Shown one piece after another: positions 39,850-52,094 of a stretch of DNA of 64,000 nt (positions within the stretch are counted from its first letter, which is position 1; each line of letters starts with the position of its first letter). A program made the position numbers and the translations under genes. The DNA is from an uncultured virus (IMG/VR IMGVR_UViG_3300044451_000218) (Duplodnaviria > Heunggongvirae > Uroviricota > Caudoviricetes), in the IMG/VR virus record IMGVR_UViG_3300044451_000218. The stretch is one strand, 5' to 3'. The notes beneath the pieces are model-generated. The model saw nothing but the letters and a program-made list of their open reading frames with translations. It was not told the DNA's origin and ran no database searches.

Positions 39850-41192
39850 CTTATTCCTCGAACTGGTTTACAATGTGACCTAGCCGGCCTATTTTGATTT
39901 TACCACGAACGGGGGTTCCCATGACGACGACTGACGCGATTCGGAAGGCTCTCACCGACTATCGTCGGGATCAAGTAGCGGTCATTCACCAGATGGCCCG
40001 CGAACGCGGCATGGACGAACGCGACCTCTCCGTCGCGCAGTACCGCTACTTGATTCTCGAAGAGGCGTCGTGGTCCGAGAAGGCGTCCCGCGCCACCTGC
40101 CTCCCGGCAGACGAGCGGGAGATGGAGAGCCGCTACGCCGCGAAACTTCGCTCCATCGCCTCCAACATCACAACCAGCGAGAAGGATCATGGGCTTCAAC
40201 ACGACGGTGGTCGTTCTGAACGACGTTCTGGGCGAAATCGAGAAGGACGAAAAGTTCGGCGAGAAGCTCGCTGACGCGATCAAGTCGTTGTCCGGCCCCG
40301 ACCCCGTTTCCATGTTGGGTGGCGGGGTCAAGGTGCTGGCAACGCACCACAACAGCAACGTAGCTGTTGTGGCGGTCGGCGGCAACTACGGAACGGTTCT
40401 CGCGTGGGGACCGGACGTTTCACACCACACCTACGAAGGTCAAGAAAAGCTTCTCAAGGCTCTGGCCGAGAAGCTCGGATACCGCCTTACCAAGAAGCCA
40501 TGAAATACATCGTCTGGGATCTGATTTCTGACTACGACGGCTTCTGGCAAACCGAGTGCGCCACTTGGGAAGAAGCTGTCGCGTGCGTCCGTGCGGCCTG
40601 CAAAGAAAACAAAAAGGCTCTCGCCCAGTTCAAGAAGTGGCAAGAGGGCAAGATCGCCGAAATCCGCGTCATGGGCAAGGGGTTCGGCAAGTCCGAAGCC
40701 ACCGAAGTCAACGTCTTCGTCACCAGCAAAAAACTCACCGAGCCGCAAGAATGAATCTCGCGTTCTTCAACTTCTCCGTCAAGATGACCGACGCCGACAT
40801 TCGGCGCTCGGTCTACGAGGCAGCCGTCATCACCCAGAAGATGGGCGAAGGCGTACTCGTCAGCATCGACGGATACGACAACGACCCCCGCGACCTCTGG
40901 AACATCCCCGAAGTCGTCGTCTTTGCCAAGCGATTGGTCGCCAACGGCGTGTGCAGCGTAGCCGTCGTTTCGACCATCCTCGACCCGAAGTTCGACGGGC
41001 CGGGTGGCAGACCGTTCGGCGGCTTCGAGGTCTGGTTGCTGCTGGTGGCCGAGAAGGTGGGCGTCCCGTACAACGCGGCACCCCCATCGGTCCCGCTGCC
41101 GGTCGCCAACGGCAAGAAGTAAAATGACCGCTGACGTGCGGACATATCATTGTGTCCGCACGTCCTTTGTCACATTTACATGGGTGCCAATC

Positions 41193-42329
41193 ATGCCTGC
41201 TTCAGTCAAGCCCCCGTTGGTTTCCGAGCTTCAATACTTCAGCCGCATTTGCGCCCAAGCAATCGGTCGCGTCAAGCCGGAAAACCTGTTCTTCTTCTCG
41301 ATCCAGAACATCAACCAGATCCACCGCGATGCACTGCTCAACACGAGCGTGTTGCTGGACACGTTGCCGCTCGGCGAGAACTGTGCCACGGTTCTGTCCA
41401 CGTCAATTCGCAAGTCCCCCTTCAATCAGCTTTCGATCAGGCTGATGTATCAGAAAGACACGGGCGTCAAGTATGCTCTGCTCTACTACCTGAACAACTT
41501 CGGACAGGCCCAATACTATCTGGTCGTCCAACAAACCAAGTTCAGGAAACTTTACCAGTACGCAATCAGGACCGGGCGGAACAACCTGAAGTTGGAGCCG
41601 CCGGTTCTTTACGACAACGTGATCGACAAGATCAACGACCTCGTCATGGGCGTCAAGAAGGACCGGGTCTTCAAAGACTACGGCATCCGCCTGAATCGCG
41701 GTCTGATCTTCTACGGCCCACCGGGTAACGGCAAGACGTTCGCGAGCAGGTACATTCAACAGCTTTGCGCCAAACACCTGATACCCTGCGGCGTGTACAA
41801 GACCGTTGACATCGAAGTCGCGTACAAGGAAAACAGACTGGCCCACGTTTTCAACGTGGCACACGTTCAAATCTTCGATGACGTGGACATCAACCTGTTC
41901 GTTCGTCGGGGTGCGAACACGGTAACGTCTTCGATCCTGTCCGCAATGGACGGCGTGACGACCAGCCAGAAAGCGTGTCTTCGGTTCTTCACGACCAACG
42001 AAGACATCGACAGCATGGACTACGCTTTCCTTCGCCCCGGACGCATCGACACCTGCGTCAAGATTGACAAGCCCGACCAGAAGTTGACGGCCATCTTTTG
42101 GGAGCGGTGGAAGAAGAAACCGAAAGAACTGGTGGTCGAAAAGCTGGTGAAGGCTTCGGCCGATATGTCCTTCGCGCAGATGGAGTTTCTGAAGATCATC
42201 CTCGTTCAGAACTTCCAGCAGAACAAGCAGTGGGACATTACGAAAGCGGTCGAGATGCTGAAGGCGTCTTATTCGAGGCGGCGCGGCAAGAACGCCGGGT
42301 TCCGCCCCGACACCTGTGTGGAAGAATAA
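41193..42329 (+). CDS. AAA+ ATPase
   Basis: RGLIFYGPPGNGKT, IFDDVD, FTTN, FLRPGRID. Confidence 0.88.
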   Translation: MPASVKPPLVSELQYFSRICAQAIGRVKPENLFFFSIQNINQIHRDALLNTSVLLDTLPLGENCATVLSTSIRKSPFNQLSIRLMYQKDTGVKYALLYYLNNFGQAQYYLVVQQTKFRKLYQYAIRTGRNNLKLEPPVLYDNVIDKINDLVMGVKKDRVFKDYGIRLNRGLIFYGPPGNGKTFASRYIQQLCAKHLIPCGVYKTVDIEVAYKENRLAHVFNVAHVQIFDDVDINLFVRRGANTVTSSILSAMDGVTTSQKACLRFFTTNEDIDSMDYAFLRPGRIDTCVKIDKPDQKLTAIFWERWKKKPKELVVEKLVKASADMSFAQMEFLKIILVQNFQQNKQWDITKAVEMLKASYSRRRGKNAGFRPDTCVEE

Positions 42330-42893
42330 AACCGCCGCTTCCCTATCACGATTTTTTTTGATATGATAGGGTGGGGTTGAAGGCGGTTTACACAAAGGTG
42401 TGTTATGAAGATGTCATGGGACGATTTCCGTTATCTGGGTTACATCCTCTTCGGCGTGGGCATCGCCACGCTCGCCAAGTCGGGCGGCATGGCCTGCGCG
42501 GGCTACGAGATCTCGCCCACTCAAACAGGCATCTTCGGTGCTGTCTGTTTGATCTTCGGTAGCTCGTGGTTGTCTCGTACCGACAAGAAGTGAGATCATG
42601 AGCAAGCACAAGAAAAAGTTCGGCGTCTACCACTGGGACACGTTCGACAACACGAGCCTGTTCCTAAAGGACTTCGACACCGAAGAAGAGGCCGAAGCGT
42701 TCGTCCACGAACGGTATGCCGGTCGCATCCGAAGTACCGGCGCGGATCGCGTGGACATCGTTGAAGGTCCGGGGCATGTGGTTCAATCTTTTTCTGTAAG
42801 TTGATCCTGAAAAATTACTGCGAATTCAATTTCGCATCTTTACAACAGGCGCAGGAAACTTTAGACTCTAAGAACACTCAACGGAGGTTCGTC

Positions 42894-43379
42894 ATGAGTT
42901 TCGAGGAAGTCCTGCGGCAGAAGATCAGCGGCACCAAGTCCAAAGTCGGCCGCAGCGTGCTGAAGGTCGCTCTGGGCGAGTTCCAGCAGAAGAACGCCAA
43001 CGGAAAGGCTACCGAACAGGACGGCCTTTCCGTTGTCGAGAAGATCATCAACGGCAACCGCGAAACGCTCGCCGTTTTGAAACAAGAAGACGCCCGTCGC
43101 GCCGACCTCGAAGAAGAGATCGTTACCCTCTCGTCGCTCCTCCCGACCTACCTGACGGCGGATGAGGTGTTGGAGAAGGTCCGCGCCGACAGTTCGCTGT
43201 TCGGGGAAGTCAATACAGTGCTGAGTCAAGGCGACAAAACCCGTCCGGTCGAAGACCCTGCGAACGCCAAGCTGGTCGGTCGCGCGACGGGTTCGGTCGT
43301 CAAGTTCTTCAAGTCGGCAAACATTGCCGTGAAGGGCGACACCGTCAAAGAAGCCCTGTCGCGGTTGTTTCGTGAATAG
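42894..43379 (+). CDS. GatB/YqeY domain protein
   Basis: VLKVALGEFQ...EEEIVTLSSLLPTYLTADEV...VKGDTVK. Confidence 0.7.
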   Translation: MSFEEVLRQKISGTKSKVGRSVLKVALGEFQQKNANGKATEQDGLSVVEKIINGNRETLAVLKQEDARRADLEEEIVTLSSLLPTYLTADEVLEKVRADSSLFGEVNTVLSQGDKTRPVEDPANAKLVGRATGSVVKFFKSANIAVKGDTVKEALSRLFRE

Positions 43380-44136
43380 GAGCTAACATGTCCACCATCG
43401 CTGACACGACCGAGTTCTCTCTCGACATCGGTGTCAACCCCGGTTTCTTCCACGACAACGCGGTTAAAGACCCGTTGAAGGTGGTCGCAGACCTGTGGCA
43501 GAAGTTCGCGGAAGAGATCTTCAAGGACTGTAACGTCTACGTCGCGGCGGTGATCTGCCCCACGAAAACCGTGTACAACACGGCGTGGGGCTGCCCGGCC
43601 GGTGGCGAAGACACCATCACCATCCACGGCGTTCGGAACCCGGAATTCACTCCGAACGAGGACGTGTGGAAGGTGACGGTGGGCCGCGTGGCGATTCGGT
43701 TGGCGAAAGAACTTCAACAATCTACGGCCTACTTGGTGTTCAGGAAGGTCGAGTTGTTGTACCTCAAGGCGAGTGCCTAGTCATGCCGAAGCCGAACCCG
43801 CTGAACGAGATCCCCATCGCGCAGATCCTGTACCTGCACAAGATGTTCGGGGTCCAGCAAAAGGCAGAAAATCACGTTTCAATCGATTTTCTGCCCTATA
43901 CTGTGCAGATCAAGTGGCTCGTCGCGGAGATGCTGAAGCGTTTCCCGAAGAGTCCGTGGACCGAAAAGCTCGTTTACCGTACCCTCATCCGGCTGCGGAA
44001 AGCGGACTTGGTCGGGAAGACCGAACGCGGCGGCAACGAACAGCCCCCGCAGTTCCCCGACGATAACGACCACGGCGGCGAGAACGAAAAACTCGTCTTC
44101 CAAGAAGAAGGCGAAGTCTAACCAAGAAGGTGTCCC

Positions 44137-45540
44137 ATGTTCAAGTGGCTCAAGCGATGGTTCGGTATGGACGACGAACCCGTCCGAAGCGACGAGTTCG
44201 TCCGTCAAAAACAAGAATTCGACAAGCACAAGGCTCGCGTTGTCGAAACCTCAAGGACCGTCTCGAAGCCGGTTTCCATCCCGACGATTTCAACCGCCCC
44301 GAAGCCGCAATTACAGCCCTACGTCGGCCACGACGAAGCTGTCATCGTGGCCTGCTTCTTCAACCCCCAGAACTCGCCGTACCGCCTTCTGGCCTTCCAG
44401 AAGTGGTACAGCAGCATCAAGCACCTGAACCACCGCATCATCGAGTGCCTCATCGGTGACGCCGAGAGCCAACTGCCGGAAAGCCCGTACATCACGCAGG
44501 TGACGACGGACTCCCTGCTGTGGCACAAGGAATCGCTGCTGAACAAGGTGATCTCCGAACTGCCCTTCCAGTACAAGTACGTCTTCTGGCTGGACACGGA
44601 CGTACTTTTCACCAACCCGAACTGGTTGGTCGAGGGGGTCGAGAAGCTCCAGACGGCCAAGATCATTCAGCCGTTCGAGTATTGCGTCCACCTCCAGAAG
44701 AACCAGACGGCTCCCGACTTCGATGTCAACCAGTACCGCTCGCTGGTCAACGACGCGAAACGTCGGCACCCGATGCTGTGGCGCAGCTTCCTCGCGAACT
44801 GGGTGACGTGCCGCGAAGCCGCTCTGAACCACAACTACGACGTTCACGGTCACGTCGGGTTCGCGTGGGGCGCACGCCGCGAAGTTCTCGACCGCACTCA
44901 ACTGTACGACAAGGCGTTGATCGGTGGTGCGGACCACATCATCGCGCACGCGGCAACCGGGCAGATCCCGTGCAACTGTATCAGCCGGGCGTTCACCCTC
45001 GACATCGACGGGGTGGCCGAGTGGTCGAAGGATTTCTTCGACTCGGTCGGCGGCAAGGTGGACTTCGTGAGGGGCGACCTGTACCACATCTGGCACGGCG
45101 AGGTGAAGGACCGCGAGTACCTGAAGCGGATCGTGGAGTTCGCCCCGGAGATCCAGTTCATCACGCGGCGGGACGCCAACGGGCTGTGGATCTACGACGG
45201 CAGCAACCCGTACATGAAGCGGTACTACCGCAAGCGGGAAGTCACCGTCTACGAGCCGGAAGAGTTCGGCGGGTTCGACGCCGGGTTCTTCGAGGAGATG
45301 GGCTACCAACTGGCCGATCTCGCGATGACCTTCGGTCAGCCGACCTGTGACAACACCGGCGTTACCGACGAGCCGCAAACGTCGTATAATGACGGCAGTC
45401 AGACGGTTTCCGATCCCGAACCGTCGATTCCGTCAGCACCGGCCGCAGAACCCGTCCAGTCGTTCACGCCGGCATACGAGCCGGGCCACTGGGACTACAC
45501 GCCGCCGGGCGCGGAAGACCGGGGATCGACCTTCTCGTAA
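44137..45540 (+). CDS. GT-A fold glycosyltransferase-like protein
   Basis: LWHKESLLN, YVFWLDTDVLF, GFAWGARR, IGGADH, YHIWHG. Confidence 0.7.
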   Translation: MFKWLKRWFGMDDEPVRSDEFVRQKQEFDKHKARVVETSRTVSKPVSIPTISTAPKPQLQPYVGHDEAVIVACFFNPQNSPYRLLAFQKWYSSIKHLNHRIIECLIGDAESQLPESPYITQVTTDSLLWHKESLLNKVISELPFQYKYVFWLDTDVLFTNPNWLVEGVEKLQTAKIIQPFEYCVHLQKNQTAPDFDVNQYRSLVNDAKRRHPMLWRSFLANWVTCREAALNHNYDVHGHVGFAWGARREVLDRTQLYDKALIGGADHIIAHAATGQIPCNCISRAFTLDIDGVAEWSKDFFDSVGGKVDFVRGDLYHIWHGEVKDREYLKRIVEFAPEIQFITRRDANGLWIYDGSNPYMKRYYRKREVTVYEPEEFGGFDAGFFEEMGYQLADLAMTFGQPTCDNTGVTDEPQTSYNDGSQTVSDPEPSIPSAPAAEPVQSFTPAYEPGHWDYTPPGAEDRGSTFS

Positions 45541-46723
45541 GGCGAAAACATGCTCGGTATGAACCTCAATGCGGGAAAGCGTAAGTTGCTTTCCCGCATT
45601 CTCATTAAGAAGCTCAGGCTAAAAGGCAAGAAGTTCGTCTTCAAAGACGGCGTACTCTTTAGCGTCAAAACGGGGCTTGCAATGGCTACTACGAAGGGGT
45701 CTGAAGCTGCTCACAAGGCGTGGGAAACACGTCGCCGCAGAGCCGCAACGGGCAAGTCTGAGAAAACCCCGGCTGAAAAGGCGTGGGACACGCGGCGAAA
45801 AAACGAGGCAATTGAGGAACAGGCGAACATCGACGCCATCAAGATCCTCGATGATCTAGCCGCCGAGCGGGAGTCTGGCGCAAATTCGGAGACTTCTTGA
45901 CGAGCCACTTGTCCTCTTCAGGAGGACCGTGTCATGAAACAGCGTGCGACTTACCCGAAGACCTACGCCACCATCGTCGGTTACGTCATCCACGGCTACC
46001 GTGTCAACCACGGGCATCGGGTGAACGGCACCTTCACCCCCGAAGAGTGGCGTGTCGTTGCGTACCGGCCGGGCAAGCGTCGGTACTACTACGAGAACTT
46101 CACCATGACCGTCAGGCTCGAAAACGGGGAAGAACTCGTTCTCGACCGTGAGCAAATTGCCTATAACGGGAAGAGAGACGGGTCGGCCAAGATCGGCGCG
46201 AAGATCAAGATGTACCATCACCCGCGAGACACCCGTCAGTGGCGGTACAAACTGCTCGGAGAGTGACATGACTAGCGACGAGCGGGACCGTCTCAACTAC
46301 CGCAAAGCCAACCAGAAGTATTACGGCCTTACCGATGAGCAGTGCGACATGCACATGGAACTCATGGGTAAGGCCATTTCGCTTTGGCCCGCCGCACTTC
46401 AGACCCACTACCAAGAACAGTGTGTTGCCGAGGAACCCTCCGAGGAAAACGTCAACTACTGGGTGGCCGAGTGGTTGAAGGCTGGCAACACTCTCGAAGA
46501 CCCCTACAAAAACGAAACCGAAGAAGAGGCCGAAGCCGGTCGGCGCGAGGCCATCAAGTTGCTCGGTTTCGATCCGAAAGACGATACGCCCGGCATGGAC
46601 CTGACCGATTTCGTCAAGTCGGGCGAGTTCCCAGACATCGCGAAACCGTTCCCCAAAGAGGTGAGCGACCTCTTGAAGAAACAGTACGAGAAGAACAAGA
46701 ACAACAAAAAGAAATGGTGAAAC

Positions 46724-46875
46724 ACGCGGCTGGTGCAAAGAGACGGGCTAACCACCCGTTGCTAGACACGATCCACAAATTAGCACGCCGACCAGCAAGC
46801 CATAAAGAGCGGGGATGTATGGTTCCCGCAGTCGGAGATCCCCAGTGGAGAATCGGGAGCCTGGGGGCCGCGCGT
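46724..46875 (+). ncRNA. Candidate ~150-nt structured RNA
   Basis: Closing CGCGGC/GCCGCG stem enclosing TGGT/ACCA, ACGGG/CCCGT, TGCTA/TAGCA, GCGGG/CCCGC and CCCCAG/CTGGGG helices. Confidence 0.5.
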
Positions 46876-47425
46876 CTTACAACCGGAGAGATTCACATGG
46901 CAGCTACTAAAGAAAAGCTTGAGATCACTACCGAGATATGGGGTCTGAACATTGTCTTCAAGGCCGGGAGACTCGGTGTGGTTTTCACCACACCAGAAGG
47001 CCATCGCAAAGTTTCGTGGACGCCACTCCCGCCAAAAATGGCCGAAACGATCAAAGCCGAGATTGAGAAGCACGTTGCAGCGAAAGAAGCCAACGCGAAA
47101 CTTACTCCGCAAGAACTTGCCGACAAATACGCAGAAATGATGGGAACTTGACCTTTACAAATCGCCCGCTGTAGCCGATCCTTATGGTGCCTTATGACCA
47201 AAACGAAGAAAGAGCCTCGGAATCTGCTCGCCCTCACCGAAGAAGAACTGAAGGCGAAGCCACTCACGATGGTCGAGCAGAAAGTTGCGATTCTGCTTCT
47301 GAAAGCAGTGGCGCAATACACTGAGGTCACAGAAGTTCTGTTCAGGGCGCAGGCAGAAGAACTCGAACGGCTCAGGAAGTTCGAGTTCGACCACACCGAC
47401 CACGACTACGCCAAAGGGTGCTGAA

Positions 47426-47854
47426 ATGTCCGAGAACGCGAAGCTCATCATACCCGACAAACTGAAGATCGGGTTTCAGAAGCGAGAAGGAACTTACACC
47501 GGCAAGCTCGCCTTTGTCGTCTACATCGACAGCAAGGGCGTGCTTCGCAAGGCGGGTGTCTACATCTTCAACGTCGCGACAAAAGACGACTTCATCGCCG
47601 ACTCCAAGTACGACTGGATCGCCGAAGCGATCAAGAGCATGCCGAAGATCATGCGTGAGTCGGGCATCAAGTCCGTGGCGATCCCGGCTCTGGGCTGCGG
47701 ACTCGGCTGTTTGGATTGGAAGGTCGTCAAGCAAATGATCGTCACAGAGGCGACACGGCCGGTCGAACACAAGAGCATCGTTGACGACCAGCCGGTGGTG
47801 AAGACAGTGGAAAACTGGCACGACATCGAAGCGGAGGTCTATGAACCGCTGTAA
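47426..47854 (+). CDS. Chimeric ORF with the C-terminal half of a macro domain
   Basis: IFNVATK...IKSVAIPALGCGLGCLDWKVVK; N-terminal macro motifs absent. Confidence 0.6.
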   Translation: MSENAKLIIPDKLKIGFQKREGTYTGKLAFVVYIDSKGVLRKAGVYIFNVATKDDFIADSKYDWIAEAIKSMPKIMRESGIKSVAIPALGCGLGCLDWKVVKQMIVTEATRPVEHKSIVDDQPVVKTVENWHDIEAEVYEPL

Positions 47855-48434
47855 CCGACAACTCTCGGCCGCACCTCAACCACCAAGTCGAAACAACTCA
47901 CAAAACCACTCCTCAAGAACGATGGGAACTTCCCATCGTTCTTTCTTTACAAATGGACGTTTTGTCCTATCATGACGGCTGGAGACTACCATGAACCGCA
48001 AGTACAATAATCTGACTGGCATCCCGATCTTCAACGACATGGAGCGGGCGTTACTCCATGCCGAACTGATCTCGCGGCCCTGCAAGGTCTGCGGGGCCAA
48101 AACGGGGTTCCTGTGCCGTCAAGGGAAGTGGAACGGCACAAAGAGCGTTTACAACGCCAAAGACCCTAAAATGGAGGCTGGCAGGGTTCATATGGGGCGT
48201 CTGCCGGCCGGTTTTGATTCCGAAAAAGCGGTTGACGAAGCTCTGAAAAGGATGAAGGGCAATGCGTAAGATCCTCGTCGCGGTCCTGTCAATGGTTGCC
48301 GGGGCCGCAATCGCGTGGTTTCTGACCACGCCCGACGCCCACAACAAACTGGTGCAGGTAATTTCTGCGCAAATTCAGAGACACTGAGCCTGCTCGCTTG
48401 TAAGGGGTAAGTTGAAACCCCACTGGACACTGAA

Positions 48435-50144
48435 ATGGCACTTTCCACCAACATCTTCGACGCGAAGTGCAGCCGTTGTCCGACCACGTTCGGTGCGAAG
48501 CAAGGCTTCTACGAGAAGACCCAGAACGGGATTGTCTTCTACTGCAAGAACTGCGCTGCCAAAGTCGGCGAAAGCCCGGCTTCCGTTCCGGTCAACAACA
48601 CCCGGCGGCTGACCGCCAACTTCGAGATTTTTACCCCGAAGGAACCGGACAACCTGCCCATCATCCGTGCGTTCCCCGGCGCTCGCTGGACCGGCCAGTG
48701 CTGGTCCGTTAGCCGCGAAGAGGGGGACCGCGTCCGCGTTCTCGAACTTGCCGACCGCCTCGGCCTTCAGGTCGATCCGAGCCTCCGCACCATCAAGTTG
48801 TGCGGGCGGGCCGAGGCCGCTAAGACGCGCGGGCTGTACCCGTTCCAAGTCGAGGGCGTCGATTTCGTCAGCAAGAAGGCTCACGCCCTTCTCGGCGATC
48901 AGATGGGACTCGGCAAGACCGCCCAGTCGCTCATGTCGTTGGAAGAAAGCGACCGCGTTCTGGCGGTGGTTCCCGCGAGCCTCAAGAACAACTGGCGGGC
49001 CGAAATCCTGCTGTGGCGTCCAGAGTTCAAGATCAAGATCATCAAGAAGAAAACCGACTTCGTTCTGCCGGTCGCGGGCGAAATCGTCATCATCAACCGC
49101 GAATTGCTCCCCGACTACCTTACTCCCGTCAAGGTCGAGGGCGAGAAGTACCCCGTTGCCAAATGGCCCGAAGGGGTTCGGCAGTACGTCGGCGAGATTC
49201 TTGTCATTGTTGACGAGGCTCACAAGTACAAGAACTGGCAGGCCAAGTGCAGCAAGAAGATGGGGCAGTTGAGCCGCGCGGCCCGAAAGGTTATCGCGTT
49301 GACCGGCACCCCGCTGCTCAACAAGCCGGGCGACCTGTTCGGCGTCCTGTCGAGCGTCGGCATGGTGGGCGAAGTGTTCGGGACGTGGAACCGCTTCAAG
49401 GAACTGTTCAACGCCCAAGACGGCCAGTACGGACTCGAATGGGGCATGCCCAGTCCCGAAGTGCCGGAACGTCTCCGTCGCGTCATGCTCGCCCGCCGCC
49501 GCGAAGAGGTGCTTCCGAACCTCCCGCGCAAGCAATACGTCGATCTGCCGGTGGACAACACCAAGTCCATCGACAAGCAGTTGGACGCACTGGACAAGGT
49601 CCACGGCAAGTTGTCCCGCGAAGGCGGCAGGCTGCCGCCGTTCCAAGACTTCAGCCGCATCCGCGCCGAGATCGCCGAGGCCCGGATTCCCGAAATGCTG
49701 GAGTTCGTGGAGAACTGCGAGGAACAGGAAGAACAGCTTGTGGTGTTCTCCTACCACCTCGCACCGCTGGATCAGTTGGCGATGCGTGAAGGGTGGGCGG
49801 TCATCAGCGGCGATACGCCGCTCGATCAGCGGCAGCAGATCGTGGACGCCTTCCAGCAGGGACACTTGAAGGGCGTCGGGCTGACGATTCAGGCCGGTGG
49901 CGTGGGTCTTACCCTCACGGCCGCGAACAAGATGCTGTTCGTGGACATGGACTGGGTTCCGGCGAACAACTGGCAGGCAGAAGACCGCATCTGCCGTATC
50001 GGGCAGGAAGCTGACAAGGTGACGATCTATCGGATGGTCAGCAACCACCCGCTCGACCGTCACGTTCACACCCTGCTCGCCACCAAGATCGCTTTGATCG
50101 AGGCGGCGACGTTACAGCAAGCCAAAGCGGTATTGCCCACATGA
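48435..50144 (+). CDS. SNF2/SWI2-family helicase
   Basis: LYPFQVEGV, LLGDQMGLGKT, IVDEAH, LTGTPLLN, AGGVGLTLTAA, QAEDRICRIGQ. Confidence 0.93.
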   Translation: MALSTNIFDAKCSRCPTTFGAKQGFYEKTQNGIVFYCKNCAAKVGESPASVPVNNTRRLTANFEIFTPKEPDNLPIIRAFPGARWTGQCWSVSREEGDRVRVLELADRLGLQVDPSLRTIKLCGRAEAAKTRGLYPFQVEGVDFVSKKAHALLGDQMGLGKTAQSLMSLEESDRVLAVVPASLKNNWRAEILLWRPEFKIKIIKKKTDFVLPVAGEIVIINRELLPDYLTPVKVEGEKYPVAKWPEGVRQYVGEILVIVDEAHKYKNWQAKCSKKMGQLSRAARKVIALTGTPLLNKPGDLFGVLSSVGMVGEVFGTWNRFKELFNAQDGQYGLEWGMPSPEVPERLRRVMLARRREEVLPNLPRKQYVDLPVDNTKSIDKQLDALDKVHGKLSREGGRLPPFQDFSRIRAEIAEARIPEMLEFVENCEEQEEQLVVFSYHLAPLDQLAMREGWAVISGDTPLDQRQQIVDAFQQGHLKGVGLTIQAGGVGLTLTAANKMLFVDMDWVPANNWQAEDRICRIGQEADKVTIYRMVSNHPLDRHVHTLLATKIALIEAATLQQAKAVLPT

Positions 50145-50583
50145 TCGTCAAAGACATCTACACGAACCCCGGCCTCGTGTCGGGGTTCGACTTTGCCAAA
50201 AACGGCCGCGAAACACTCGACTGGCTGCGTGAGATGTGGCAGTGGAATCGGGATCGTCGCGCCCGGTCTATCCTCGACAAGTTCTCTCGCAAGTTCGCCG
50301 CGTGGAAGAAGAAGCAAGAGGAAGACAAGAAGTACAAGGAAGACTTGAGGTTCGTTCTGAACGCTCTGAATAAACTGGCTCGTGAGGCCGCTTGACATGA
50401 CAGAAAAGGAACACATTAAGCTGTCTCGACTCGGCGATCACTTCTGGCTGGCTTACAGTCGGTTGATCGCCGAGACGCTGAAGCAGGCACCCGAACACCT
50501 GCGCCCGCATCTACTGGCAATGTTACAAGACAAGTCGTCGGTATACGGCTCGGTCTACGAACGGTACATGCAAGGAGACTCCG

Positions 50584-50972
50584 TTGAAGACCCCAACGCC
50601 GGGTGAAATCGCCACCCTCTACGGCCAGTACATCTACAACATCGCCCGGCGGATGCTGCGGTGCGATGCTGACGCGGAAGACGTTCTTCAAGATGTGCTG
50701 AAGACCGTGCTTTTGAAGCTGCATACCTTCAAGGGCGACTCCGATCTCAAAACGTGGCTCTACCGCGTATCGTTCAACGCGGCTCTGGCGGCGCGAGAGA
50801 AAATCGTCAAGAGGCAGGCCCGTTTCTGCTCCTGTGACTGGTCATGTCCCACTTCGAGGACAAGAGCAACGGCCAGATCGGAATCGAACTCGGATTGAGC
50901 TTGCCGGCAGTCAAAAGCAGACTCCACCGCGCACGTCGCAGGATGCACAAGCTCTTACAGGCTTACTACTAA
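50584..50972 (+). pseudogene. ECF sigma factor disrupted between regions 2 and 4
   Basis: DAEDVLQDV...LKTWLYRV in one frame; SNGQIGIELGLSLPAVKSRLHRARR in another frame. Confidence 0.75.
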
Positions 50973-51614
50973 CAGTTCTTGTTTCCATAAGCTACAGAGC
51001 CTGTAAGCTAACAAGCTACAAGCCCTGTAGCTTGTTTTCTGTCTTGCGGTTTGTTGCTCGGCGATGTAAAGTAAACTAAGTTGCGGCGAGTACAATCTCG
51101 CTAAACCAAGAGGTTTGCAATGCCCGCGAAAAACTTGACTCCAGCCGACCGCCTCTCTCTGAACAAGGCCGAAGACCTCACTACCATCGCGTCCTACAGG
51201 GTCGCGACCGTAGGCAACGAAGGCGTCACCTCCACGCCGAACGGCCTGATGATGAGCAAGAGGCTCACTCTGCTCTCGGTGGGCGAGATCAATCCGTTCT
51301 GCGAAGAAGGTGTCGAGGACGACATCGCTAGGTTCAAAACGCCCGAAGAGGCGGAAGAGGCCAGAGACAAGTACGTCCGCGAGATGGCCGGCGTCGGGAT
51401 TACCGCGAAGGTGGTCGTCACGGCGGTAAACGCCGCAGGAACCGTTCTGGCAATCGACGGCGAGTTCATCAGTGTGCCAGACGACGAGTTCGTTGACGAC
51501 GGCAGCGGCGACTGGAAAGATGACGAGTGCGAAGGCGGTATGTGTAATATGGACGGGGTGTGCGACAAGCACCAATCCCGATAACCGTTTCTGGACCGTG
51601 GCGGGGGCCGAACC

Positions 51615-52094
51615 ATGCCTAACAAACAGTTGAACCGATCCGAGATAATCGCGTTGGGTGACAACAAACCGTTCACCAGCGCGGCCAAAGAAGTCGGAAT
51701 CGCACCCAGAAGCTTCGTATCGCTTTACCGCACGATGGGCGGCGAACGAAAAGGGTGCATCGAGAGGAAACCGCCGGGCCGTCGCGAGCTTGTTGAAGCT
51801 CTGAAGGCGAAGACGAAACGCGAGGTGGCGGAACACTACGAAATCGGCTACAAAACCCTCATCAAGTGGATCAAGAACTACAAGATCCGCGATCAGATCT
51901 TCACCCCCGACATGATGAGTCTGGCTCGCGCGGCCCGAATGCTGAAGGTGAGCAGGATGACGCTCTCGAACTGGTACAGGGAGGGCAAGGTGCCGGGAGC
52001 GGTGAAGATCAACGACACGAGGGTGATGGTGCCAAAAGCTACCGTCAACATGTTGCTGTTGATCAACAAGAAGAAAGAACTCGGCGATACATAA
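51615..52094 (+). CDS. Multi-HTH DNA-binding protein
   Basis: KREVAEHYEIGYKTLIKWI; SLARAARMLKVSRMTLSNWYREG. Confidence 0.75.
   Translation: MPNKQLNRSEIIALGDNKPFTSAAKEVGIAPRSFVSLYRTMGGERKGCIERKPPGRRELVEALKAKTKREVAEHYEIGYKTLIKWIKNYKIRDQIFTPDMMSLARAARMLKVSRMTLSNWYREGKVPGAVKINDTRVMVPKATVNMLLLINKKKELGDT

Noticed and set aside
50985..51045. Short AAGCTACA repeats after the broken sigma gene
   Set aside because: Short and irregular, and partly form an ACAAGCTACA/TGTAGCTTGT terminator-like hairpin; not an array
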